Source: Malacoraja senta (taxonomy: Eukaryota). Taken from it: DNA of 64,000 nt. Numbering within the stretch: position 1 is the stretch's first letter; each line of letters starts with the position of its first letter. The notes beneath the pieces were generated by a model that was not told where the DNA came from, searched no databases, and worked only from the letters and a program-made list of their open reading frames with translations. Of the stretch, positions 23,952 through 36,703 are shown in pieces. The DNA is taken from positions 124,001 to 188,000 of the forward strand of contig JAXLNO010000573.1 of the NCBI GenBank assembly GCA_038087875.1, in the 5' to 3' direction. The position numbers were made by a program, and so were the translations under genes.

Positions 23952-25931
23952 GGTTCACAGCACACACAGTTCATGTGCGTATACGTACGCTCATATGCAA
24001 ACAAAATACTGTGTGTGATATGTACCTTTGTTAGGTTCCTAAAAATAGACTCAACAAATTGATATGTTATTTATGACCTCTTCATGACCCCTGGAAAAAT
24101 CCCAAATGACCCCCGTGGGGGTCACGACCCCCAGGTTAAGAACCTCTGGGATAGAGTCTTTACAGGAAGCAGGGTGGGAAGAAGTGTAATCTAGATAGCT
24201 ATGGGAGTCAGTAGGTTTTACAGGACGCAGGACATCGGAGATGTCCTCATTCTTTAGGAATCAGGGGTTCCCCTCTTCCATTATAGCTGAGGCTCTCACT
24301 AGGGTTTCCTCGATATCCCACACTTCCAGGTGAGGCAGAGGTTCACTTGAACCTCCTCCAACCTCATTTACTGTATCCGCCTACCTGATCTCCCGTTTGC
24401 TCAGCACTTCAACTTCCCCTCACATTCCTAAACTGACCTTTCAGTCCTGGGCATCCTCCATTGTCAGAGTGAGGCCCAGCGCAAATTGGAGGAACAGCAC
24501 CTCATAGTTTGCTTGGGTAGTTTATACCCCAGCGGTATGAACATTGAATTCACTAACTTCAGATATCCCTTGCTTTCCCTCTCTATCCCCTCCCCCTTCC
24601 CAGTTCTCTCACCAGTCTTACTGCCTTTGACTACATACTATCTTTGGCCCGCCCACTCCCCTGAAGGGTCTTGACCCAAAACGTCACCCATTCCTTCTCT
24701 CCAGAGATGCTGCCTGTCCCGCTGAGTTACTCAAGCATTTTGTGTCTACCTTTGATTTAATCCAGCTTCTGGAGTTCTTTCTTACACAGAAGCAATTGGA
24801 ATCTTCAAAAAGGAATTTGACAGACACAGAAGAGAAGATAATTCATAGGACTATGTGTAAGGAAAGTGAGAATAGGATTGATGAGATCATTTTCTATTAG
24901 GACCTGGCAAGGTTTCACAGCGCCTAATGGCCTTTTTTTTGTCAGGTTACATTATTACGATTCTTTAAGGTAAGCATTGGATATTCTTTTTGCATTAAAT
25001 TAAACTTAGTTTTAATTATTTTTATATATTCATGAATATTTTCAATTGTGGTTAGATTCAAAGTAGTCGAACATGACCGCTAAGGTTGACTTGTAAATTG
25101 TACTGGAGGCATAGCATAAGCCTAAAGTTTATTTCTACCCACCAAGCAAGTTAGACGTAGTGTGTGCAATGGGGAATGAGATAAGAGATAGCAGAAAGCC
25201 CCTTTAAGGAATGTGGTAATTGAAGATAACAGGTCTCGTCATACTATCACCATGGTTACGAAAGTCTTCACGAAGATAATGAACGAAGGGATATTTTCGG
25301 CACTGCGCTACCAGACTCTGACCAAAGGCAATGATCTACAATCACAAGATGATTCATGCAGGGACAGTGATGTCAGAAGTGACTTGATGCTTACATACCT
25401 TTATGTCTTGAATTGGTCAAGAAATAAGTAAAAGTTTAGGTATCGGAGAAGACGTTTCATTTTTATCTCTAAATATGTATTAAGACATTTGTGTTTTATA
25501 CAAACAGAGAATGTCTGGTAAGTTGCACAGGTCTCTGTCTCCCTCCTTAACACTCTGTTTGACCTGAGAATGGACAATGTGAATGGGTCTATACCGTAGT
25601 CCTTTTATTTATTTCAACATTCATTACATTTAATTAAAATTATATAATTGTTTTAATAGTTTTTGAATAGTTTGGGAAGTCTGGGATATCCATGGACATT
25701 CATTGTCTTGACAGGATTTGGCTTTGTCTATGTTAGCTGGTGGATATATTTAGTGAAGGCAGTTTACCATGTTGAACTTAATCAATGAATTAGGCCATTC
25801 GGCCCATCAATCATGAGGCTTGAGGTTGTGAAAGCAGTGGAGGGAGCCTCAATTAGTCTCAGTGTTGACAACCGTTTACTTCCTCCATTTCCCTGATCTG
25901 TCCACCATTGACAAAGTGATGCTGCACCACT

Positions 25932-26237
25932 GGGCAGCACGGTGTCACAGCGGTAGAGTTGCTGCCTTACAGGGTCAGAGACCTGGCTTCAATCCTGACT
26001 ACGGTTGCAGTCTGTATGGCTTTTGTACATTCTTCCCATCACCTGCGTGGGTTTTCTCCAGGAGCTCTGGTTTCCTCCCGCACTCCAAAGACGTACAGGT
26101 TTGTGGGCTAATTGGCTTAATAAATTTGTAAATTGTCCCTAGTGTGTAGGATAGTGTTAGTGGGCGGGGGATTGCTGGTCAGCATGGACTTGGAGGGGCG
26201 TAGGGCCTGTTTCCACACTGTATCTCTGAAACTATAA
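25932..26237 (+). mobile_element. Full-length tRNA-derived V-SINE (HE1-type)
   Basis: tRNA-like head with degenerate A/B boxes (ggtgtcacagcgg; ggcttcaatcc), V-domain, CR1-shared tail gggcctgtttccacactgtatctct; CACTGG at both ends. Confidence 0.88.
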
Positions 26238-26484
26238 CACTGGTTCTGCTTCCAGCACACAATCAACATCTGCCACTGTTGTCAGAACATCCCTCTTTGG
26301 CAATGGTTGCTGATAATGAGTGCTCCATACAATATCCTGGGCACAAAGCTTTCCCAAAACATTAGGTGTGATGTCCTGCAGGTAATGACAGAGTAATTAT
26401 ACAATGGTTGAAGGCATTGCATCCGCTAATAATGATGGTATGTCTATGCTGTTGATATCAAACAACGGAAAGTATGCATGCAGG

Positions 26485-27584
<1,100 letters not shown>

Positions 27585-28802
27585 CATGCAGGTACAGCAG
27601 GCAGTGAATAAAGCTAATGGCATGTTGGCCTTCATAACGAGGAGTTGAGTATAGGAGCAAAGAGGTCCTTGTGCAGTTGTACAGGACCCTAATGAGACCA
27701 CATCTGGAGTATTGTGTGCAGTTTTGGTCTTCAAATTTGAGAAGGACATTCTTGCTATTGAGGGAGTGCAACTTAGGTTCCTGGGATGGCGGGACTGTCA
27801 TATGTTGAAAGACTGGAGCGACTGGGCTTGTATACACTGGAATTTAGAAGAATGAGAGGGGATCCCCTTATATGGGATTGGACATGCTAGAGGCAGGAAA
27901 TATGTTCCCGATGTTGGGGGAGTCCAGAACCAGGGGCCTCAGTTCAAGAATAAGGGGTTAGCAATTTTGAACAGAGATGAGGAGAAACTTTTTCACCCAG
28001 AGAGTTGTGAATCTGTGAAATTCTCTGCCTCAGAAGGCAGTGGAGGCCAATTCTCTGGATGCTTTCAAGAGAGAGTTAGATAGAGCTCTTAAAGATAGCA
28101 GAGTCAAGGGATATGGGGAGAAGGCAGGAACGGCGTACTGATTGTGGATGATATGCCATGATCACAGTGAATGGTGGTGCTGGCTCGAAGGGCCGAATGG
28201 CCTACTCCTGCACCTATTGTCTATTGTCTATTGTCTATTGTTATTAACGCAGACACAATGAACTCACGCATGAATAATAATCCGTGTGTAGGCATTTGTG
28301 TAAGGCAGTAAAATAAAAAATATCTGCATTTTTGACTGCGCAATGTCAATGAAAATCCAGTATTGGTCCTCAGACAGATTCACTGGAGGAGAGCAGAATT
28401 GTGATGGTTTTGTACATGGCCATTTCTGTGGATAGACGTAAGACTCCAGCTAACACTCCGTTTAATGAGGAGCTGTTGAGAGTTCTTGTTAAGGCCGTGT
28501 GTTCACTCTCACCTTTTTCTTTACCATTTTTTCAGATTATTAGTCTCCTCCTCGTCATCAGGCTGAGGACCTCTCTTTAACATTCGTTCCATGCATGCAA
28601 CATTAAGTAACAGGCAGAAAACCACAATTAAACAGAGGAATTTTATGTGATTGGTAATGCAACCAGGCACCAAAATCATCCAGGCAGTTTGATCAGTGAT
28701 ATTGCAGAGTCTAATATTCTTCTGCTAATTAATCATGGATCTGAACATGGTATGCTGCTGCCAGCAAGAGTGGAATCCCAGGAGCAGGCAGGCCAGACTT
28801 TC

Positions 28803-28988
28803 ATCATAAGGTCATGTCATAAGGAATATGAAAACAATTAGGCAGATCTATCTCTCCCTCCTAACCCCATACTCCTGTCTTCTCACCATAACCTCTGACA
28901 CCCATACTAATCAAGAATCTATCAATCTCTGCCTTAAAAATATCCACTGTGGCAAAAGATTCCTCAGATTCACCACCCTCTGACTAAA
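28803..28988 (-). mobile_element. Short CR1 3' fragment
   Basis: Reverse-complement match to the 3' ends at 7686-8115 and 10075-10282. Confidence 0.75.
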
Positions 28989-30336
28989 ATGTCATATAGA
29001 TATAAAGACTGAGCCAATGGCCCCAGTGTGCAAATGTCTTGACAAAATACCAGAAATGAAGACAAGGGCCGCCGTGACGTACAGCTGCTGACTGGGCTCC
29101 CGTAGCCATTATTTAAAGGATCACACAGAGTACATCGCAGAAGGAGCTAATCAGCACATTGAGACAAAACACACTCCTTCAAATGTCTTCACTTTTTACA
29201 CTTTCAAATATTTATCCGATTCCCTTTTCGAAGACAACCTCTGCATGTATTCACCATATGGCCTGGCAATTTACTCCACATCCTGACCTTTGGTATTTGT
29301 CAGTCAAAAGGATGGCATAACTCAAAGCGGCCCCAGGAGAGAAGTGGATGCTGCCAATTCCCAGTGGATACTGGCAAAAGTCTCACGTGGAACTGCTTTG
29401 TGCAACAGCCAGAGTCTATCCTGCTGTTTTTCCATGGGGGAAGAGAGGAAGAGTTTAGTTTATTAAACGGTGCATCATTCATTTGTGGATTGAAGGTTGA
29501 TCTGTTGTGAATGATGTGACTGATTTCACAAATTGCAATTGATATGGAGCTTGAGGTCAAGTTGCAAACTTGCTTGTAATGCTCTGGGAAGCTGAAAATG
29601 CCTGCCTGAATGTTTCTTTCCGTCTGGTCTTTTTGCATCTACACTTCTGGTCCCCCTTTTTACAGCAGCTACACCACCTCCTCTTCCAGCCTCTCAGTTG
29701 TTCCAAAATGGACCAGGCACGAGTAAAAACATATTAGATCCCTTGGTGTCATGAAACGAACGCAATTTACCAGCTAAATATATGAAGAAATGATGGAGTG
29801 ACGCTGACAGATGTAAAACGTGACAACACCATGCCAAGTTTTGCACCGAAGTGCAAATATATATGAGAGGTCACTGAACTGTATGCCAAAAAATATAATT
29901 TCACAGTTTTAGTTACACGTGACAATGAACAATCATTGGCAGTGAGATCTTGGCAGTGAACTTTCAGACAAAAGTTGTCCAAAAACATGACTGATCTTCA
30001 AGTGGTGAAATCTCCACAGAACATTGTCAATTTTGCATTTCAGAAATCCACGAATTGTAAGCTGGTCACACAATGGAGGAACAATAAGAAGACAACGATG
30101 GCAAGCACACAGGGTAACTCAGTTTTTTTTCTGCTGCCACCAGCTCAGATATTGATATGAAGAGCTGGAGAGCAATGTGGTGCATATGCACAAAACACCC
30201 CTGGATAGGGTAAGGGTTGGGTCAAGGTGTAGGGGCAACCCTAATAGCAGCTCACCCAAAACTAAGATCACATGGGAGTTCTGCCATTGGGGACTTGACA
30301 GAGCAGGCTTCAGACGAAAACCCACACATACTTGGT

Positions 30337-32002
30337 GGCCGAGGATCTGGTGGGAAGGCGGAACTGAAGGGAATCCACATTAGTCAGGAAATGGTGTTAG
30401 GTAAAATGTTGGGACTGAAGGCAGATAAATACCCAGGGCCTGATGGTCTGCATCCCAGAGTACTCAAGGAGGTGGCCCTATAAATCATGGATGCATTGGT
30501 GATCATTTTCAAATTTTCTATAGACTCTGGATCAGTTCCTGTGGACTGGAGGGTAGCTAAAGTAACTCCACTTTTTAAGAAAGGAGGGTGAGAGAAAACG
30601 GGGAATTATAGACCAGTTAGCCTTACATCGGTAGTGGGGAAGAAGCTGGTGTTGATTATTAAAGATGTAACCATAATAGCAGCACATTTAGAAAGCAGTG
30701 ACAGGATTGGTCAAAGTCTGCATGGATATATGAAGGGGAAATCATGCTTGACTAATCTTCTGGAATTTTTTGAAGATGTAACAATGGATAAGGAAGAGCC
30801 AGTGGATGTGGTGTATCTGGACTTCCAAAAAGCCTTTGACAAAGGTCCCACATAAGAGATTAGTGTGCAAAATTAGAGCACATGGTATTGGGGGTAGGGT
30901 ATTGACATGGATAGAGAACTGGTTGGCAGACAGGAAGCAAAGAGTAGGAATTAACGTGTCCTTTTCAGAATGGCAGGCAGTGACCAGTGGGGTGCCGCAA
31001 GGCTCGGTGCTGGGACCCCAGTTATTTACAAAATATTTTAACAATTTAGACGAGGGAATTAAATATAACATCTCCAGGTTTGCGGATTACACAAATCTGG
31101 GTGGCAGTGTGAGCTGCGTGGAGGATGCTATGATGCTGCAGGGTGACTTGGATAGGTTGGGTGAGTGGGCAGATGCATGGCAGATGTAGTATAATGTGGA
31201 TAAATGTGTGGTTATCCACTTTGCTGGCAAGAACAGGAAGGCAGATTATTATCTGAATGGTGTCAGATTAGGAAAAGGGGAGGTGCAACGTGACTTGGGT
31301 GTGCATGTACATCATTCACTGAAAGTAAGCATGCAGGTACAGCAGGCAGTGAAGAAAGCTAATGGCATGTTGGCCTTCATTGTGAGAGGATTTGAGTTTA
31401 GGAGCAAGGAGGATCTACTGCAGTTGTACAGGCCCCTGGTGAGACCGCACCTGGAGTATTGTGTGCAATTTTGGTCTCCTAATTTGAGGAAGGACATTAT
31501 TGCTATTGAGGGAGTGAAGCGTAGGTTTACCAGGTTAATTCTCGGGATGGCGGGACTGACATATGATGAAAGAATGGGTCGACTGGGCTTGTATTCACTG
31601 GAATTTAGAAGGATGAGAGGGTATCTTATAGAAATATAAAATTCTTAAAGGATTGGACAGGCTAGTTGCAGGAAACATTTTCCCGAAGTTGGGGAAGTCC
31701 AGAACCAGGGGTCACAGTTTAAGAATAAGGGATAGGCCATTTAGGACTGAGATGAGGAAAAACATTTTCACCCAGAGAGTTGTGAATTTGTAGTATTCTC
31801 TGCCACAGAAGACAGTGGAGGCCAATTCACTGGATGATTTCAAGAAAGAGTTAGATTTAGCTCTTCGGGCTAAAGGAATCAAGCGATATGGGGAAAAAGC
31901 AGGAACGGGTACTGATTTTAGATGATCAGCCATGATCATATTGAATGGCGGTGCTTGCTCGAAGGTCCGAATGGCCTACTACTGCACCTATTTTGCTATG
32001 TA
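30337..32002 (+). mobile_element. CR1 LINE, RT region to 3' end, disrupted
   Basis: ORFs 30217..31639 carry PGPDGLHPRVLKE, YLDFQKAFDK, SGVPQGSVLGP, LEYCVQFWSP; several stops and frameshifts. Confidence 0.92.
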
Positions 32003-33577
32003 TATTGAACGGCTTGGTGCACTGAGACCCATGACAAGGGACATGTGCATGGGAATTCCAAAGACAGGCAAAAGCAAATAACTGTCAGGGGACAAAAGAA
32101 AGGTGGGTGTAAGATTAGTAAACGTTTGCATGCAATATGGCAGGTTTCCCTCGTAGGACTGTTGGACTGTTTCATTTGTGGCATCTTTTAGTCTTGTATT
32201 GTGGCCAAATATTCACTGTTAAGCTCAATGACAGATGGAAGACAGGGCGCTGTGAATAGGCAATAGGAGTTTTAATACTCCAATTGTAATCACACACAGC
32301 CCAGACACAAAGAGGTTGTTTAGATTGACTCTTCCCTTTGTCTACATTGTTGGGGGTAACGGCCGTCTCTTCGTGATGCCAAGTGTTTGCAGCATTCAAC
32401 AGACCACCATAATAACAGCTCAGCTAGTCCTGCGTGAATCCTCCCAAGCAGACCTGATAGGGAAGGACAGAGTTCTGCCCCGATTGGTATTGTGGAGATT
32501 TTCATCATCTGCACACAGTAAACATTGGCATTGAGTTTACACTGGAGTCATCAGTTGTATCCTCAGTGGATCGGCCTTGTTGCCAAGCAGACACCCTGAG
32601 GACTGCAGTAGTGGCTGAATATGTTACTGCCACAATAAAGCATGTGTGCCATCATTGACCGGGCAGAATTTCCAGACATCATTGCTGGATCAACATTATA
32701 TTAAATCAACAATTAGAACTCAGTTTAATATTTTGAGTCACAGTATTATTAAAGCTCATTGTTGAAATATTAGTTTTGAACCAATATTGCAGGACATGCC
32801 TAGGAAAAATGAATAGCTTGAAGAAAAATGGCCTCATTAAACCAGGATATTCATCTATTTGATTTGAATCGGCTAACTGCAAAATAGTAGAAAAACTTCA
32901 GATGAGCATTTATCATCTTATAATGTCATTTCAGGTCCTCTGTCTTTTAAATAAACCCAATGGGAAAAACTATCTATTAAGTCGCAAACAATGGCCTTAG
33001 AGGGTTTTTGCTTATTCTGCTTTAATGAACATTCTTGTGCCTGCATATTTTTTGATAATCAATAGTTAATGAATCTTCTTTCAAACTGTTTATATTTTAC
33101 CTTTTATTGAATGTGATACACGGAAGGTATTTCACACATCTTTGTTGGATATTATAAGCTATCTCTCACCACTCTAGAAATAAATGGTTGGCATTTCAAA
33201 GATAAGGACAAAAAGAAATGTATGGTTAAGTGTAAAAATAGAACATTGTGAGGCATTATGCCTTCATGTTAGGCTGAGATTTTATCCCTGTGAAAACTCC
33301 CAGGAACCAATATCTAAATGTCCACTGCAGCTTGAAATTCAGTCGACAACTATGTATTTTACACATTTATAACCATGATCCTTGAGTCACAGTTAGAACT
33401 TCATTCTACCACCGTAACTCAGAGAAATAAACTATTTTCAAAATGTTAAAAATTAGTGAAATTTAGCTTAATTGTAAATTTGCAGTCAGGTCAGGCCGAT
33501 TTGTAATCTTGTTTTTAATTTATATGAGTGCATTAATCATGCGTAATTTCCTCAAGGCTGATATCTCTCAATGTCTA

Positions 33578-33799
33578 AGGTAGACAAAAATGCTGGAGGA
33601 ACTCAGCGCGTGAGGCAGCATCTATGGAGAGAAGGAATAGGCGACGTTTTGGGTCGAGACCCTTCTTCAGACAGAAGAAGAGTCTCGACCCGAAACGTCG
33701 CCTATTCCTTCGCTCCATAGATGCTGCCTCACCCGCTGAGCTCCTCCAGCATTTTTGTCTACCTTTGATTTTTCCAGCATCTGCAGTTCTTTCTTAAAC
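33578..33799. mobile_element. Short PLE-derived fold-back element
   Basis: Arms of about 90 bp in inverted orientation (33578-33765), then an unpaired ~34-nt tail; 15-bp TSD ATCTCTCAATGTCTA at 33563-33577 and 33800-33814. Confidence 0.9.
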
Positions 33800-34924
33800 A
33801 TCTCTCAATGTCTAGGTAGTTGTTACGGTCAAACACATTTTCCTTCGTGATGTTTCCAGGGTTAGTGTACACTCATCGGCTGGACTAGGGTAGGTTATAT
33901 AATTGATGCTGGTGGGAGGGGTGAAAGATGGTGAGCACGTTTTGAATGGGAAATCTGGCTTCCCCGTATGTTATGAAATTATAATTACATAGCATGCACG
34001 TTTTGACATTGACAGTTTACCTGGCTGGAACAGAACGCAACTGACACCTTGTTTCTACTTAGGGCAAGGCAAAGACTATCACAGCCTCATAGTAGGTAGT
34101 GGGATCTATCCTGGAAATGAGTTCAAACCAAGTGGTCCATTCCTCAACCTTTTATATGATGTCTAGTCCAGGGTAGACAGTGTGTACTCCCAGATCTGAG
34201 GTGGTGTCCAAATACAGCCATGGTGGTCAGATCCCCAACTCAAGGATTAATGTCTAATACCTGCCCCTGGGAGGAAACACAGAAATGTAAAATTATCATA
34301 GCACAGAAGGAGGTGATTTGGACTACCAGGTCCATGCTGGCTCTTTGCAGAGTATATCAGTCAGCCCCATTCCCCACTCTGTCCTTGATGCCCTATAAAG
34401 TGGCCAATTTCTGTTCCAAGGATCATCAATCCCACAGGACTGGTGCCCAATGTTGGGGGAGCTCTATTTCCCAACGCTAGAGTGTTGCTTATCCACGGGC
34501 CTGATCCTGGTTAGCTTCAAACTCCGACTACGGACATGGTGCTGAATTGTTTTTTAAAAATTATTTTATATTGTAAGCAGAGTGACTTACGGTGAGAATA
34601 CCCTTTGAAAGTTGCTAACTCTTCATGAGAATCCTTTGTCACCATCAGCCAGTTAGTCTGACTCTCAAAGCCAACTAATTAAAGAATATAATAACACTGT
34701 ATGTGGAGGAGAGCAAATCAACGGCTGACTTAGCAGAGACTATCAGATATGAAAAGCTCAATAACGCACGGTAGGAAATATGCAGAAATGTACTGTATGC
34801 TTCCAACTTGAGAGTCATCATATTAGATCTTACAAACAAATGCAAATATGTTGTATTAACTTGTGACGAGCAATGCAACAGCATGCTCCAGAACTGGAAT
34901 GTATGCTTGTTAACAAAGCATTAG

Positions 34925-35230
34925 AAGCAATCTTTTTCCCAGGATAGAAAAATCAAATACTTATTCTCAGGATAGAAATATCAAATACTAGAGGGCATAG
35001 CTTAAAGGTGAGAGGGGCAACGTTTTTAAGAAGATGTGCATGGAGTGCCTGTTACGTGCTGCTGGGGTGGTGATTTATTCCGACACAATAGTGGCATTGA
35101 AGGACTTTTCGTAATATGCAGAGAATGGAGGAATATGGATTATGTGCACGCAGATAAGAGTTAGTCTTGGCATCATGTTTGGCACAGACATTTTGAACTG
35201 GGGTCTGTATTTGTGTTGTGTTCCATGTCC
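34925..35230 (+). mobile_element. Decayed CR1 3' fragment
   Basis: aaatactagagggcatagcttaaaggtgagagggg (TRGHSLKVRG); short internal tandem duplication. Confidence 0.7.
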
Positions 35231-35897
35231 TATTTAATGCTATTTTTGTTTTTACAATACAACTTAATGTATGATCACAAAGCATGTTACGTTGCTTAAT
35301 TGTAGGTTGTCCCTCCATCTATTCCATTGCAACAAGCACATAATGATAGATTGTATTTCATATTTTTTCAAAATATATAACGATGCATTAGTTTAATTGA
35401 TTGGCCAAATGAAAATCTCGCAATCATGATATTTCTATTTACATTGTGATTTGCCATGTGGTTAACTTACCACTGATAACATTCATAGGGTGGCTTGTAG
35501 ATTGGCAAATACAGATGAGAAAACAGGAAGAATGCTGGGTGTCTGACTATTGTGGCATAGCAGGGTTTGTGACTCCAAGGTGCAACATGTAATTCTACTG
35601 AGGAGCCTTGAAATGAGATAGTGATCAGGCTCTTCAACATGATAAGCAAACTATCAGTTTGTGAGGTGATGGGCCATCCATCATGTTGCCTGAATCTCTG
35701 CATCATGGTTTTTACTGAAAAATACGGTCATTAATCTGACTGAGAGCACCAGCAATGACATCTTCCACCTCTCTTCCCTTATTGATGTTTGTAATTTCTG
35801 TTCAAGATCAGAAAATTTCACCCCTGATGCATTCTCCAGAGATGATTCAAAGCACTGGGATATTCAATGCATATTCTTTTGCGGCAATATCCATGAG

Positions 35898-35995
35898 TCT
35901 GAAGAAGGGTCTCGACCCAAAACGTCACCTATCCCTTCTCTCTAGAGATCCTGCCTGACCCACTGAGTTACTCCAGCTTTTTGTGTTTATCTTCG
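35898..35995 (+). mobile_element. PLE terminal repeat, single arm
   Basis: ctgaagaagggtctcgacccaaaacgtc...; CCATGAG repeated at 35891-35897 and 35996-36002. Confidence 0.8.
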
Positions 35996-36237
35996 CCATG
36001 AGATAGTGTTGGTCAGAATCTCGAGGTACCCATGACAACCATTTCTCTTTCAGGCACAGTGTGAATTTGAGATGTTACTTTTTTTCTCAAACATAATATT
36101 CTCTTGCTCGGGCAATAATAAACCCACAATGATAGCAAAGTTCTCCTTTGAGCATTGGCCTCAAAAGTCTTATGATGTTAACTGCATCCATTCCTATCTA
36201 CACAAATATCGTTTAAACCAACATAGACTCCAAAGAT

Positions 36238-36443
36238 AGACACAAAATGATGGAGTAACTCAGCGGGACAGGCAGCATCTCTGGAAAGAAGGAATGGGTG
36301 ATGTTTCAGTTCGAGACCCTTCTTTAGACCCGAAACGTCACCCATTCCTTCTCTCCAAAGATGCTGCCTGTCCCACTGAATTACTCCATAATTTTGTGTC
36401 TATCTTCAGTTTGAACCAGCATCTACAGTTTCTTCCTACTCAC
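36238..36443. mobile_element. Short PLE-derived fold-back element
   Basis: Inverted arms plus a tail; TSD AGACTCCAAAGAT at 36225-36237 and 36444-36456. Confidence 0.87.
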
Positions 36444-36703
36444 AGACTCCAAAGATCTTGGATAGAGAGTGCTTTAGGTTCAGTGCCAAGTAGGTATTGG
36501 TACAGATATCACCACCTTTTTATTGGTGCTTTTGGTACTGATGAAATGGCTTTGTGCAAAACGGTCAGTGGATTGACTATTATTCAAACTATGTCATAAC
36601 AACACCAATCTTCAGAAGGTTCTCTTGAGTCCATATGGTCAGTATCTCATGGATATGAATCATTACAGTCAACTTTTTACAAAATGAAAGCTACACATAT
36701 GTT

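Larger units (their letters stand above)
21886..24148 (-). mobile_element. hAT (Buster/Charlie-type) DNA transposon
   Basis: 16-bp TIRs CAGGGGTTCTTAACCT and AGGTTAAGAACCTCTG; 8-bp TSD GGATAGTG/GGATAGAG with central TA; subterminal GACCCC repeats. Confidence 0.93.
20908..24785. mobile_element. Penelope-like (Neptune-type) retroelement, fold-back structure, interrupted by a hAT
   Basis: Minus arm encodes a GIY-YIG region (LIYCIRCSRCQLLHI..RLSDRFAEH, ORF 21128..21427) and linker CNRRRCNTC; plus arm 24219-24785 repeats it in inverted form with deletions; 16-bp TSD ACAGAA(T/G)CAATTGGAA at 20892-20907 and 24786-24801. Confidence 0.88.

Noticed and set aside
25399..25468. Minus-strand coding exon ending at AAG|GTATGT
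   Set aside because: All three frames contain a stop and the acceptor is weak
25932..26010. tRNA gene
   Set aside because: Degenerate tRNA-like head followed by a V-domain and LINE-derived tail; it is a SINE
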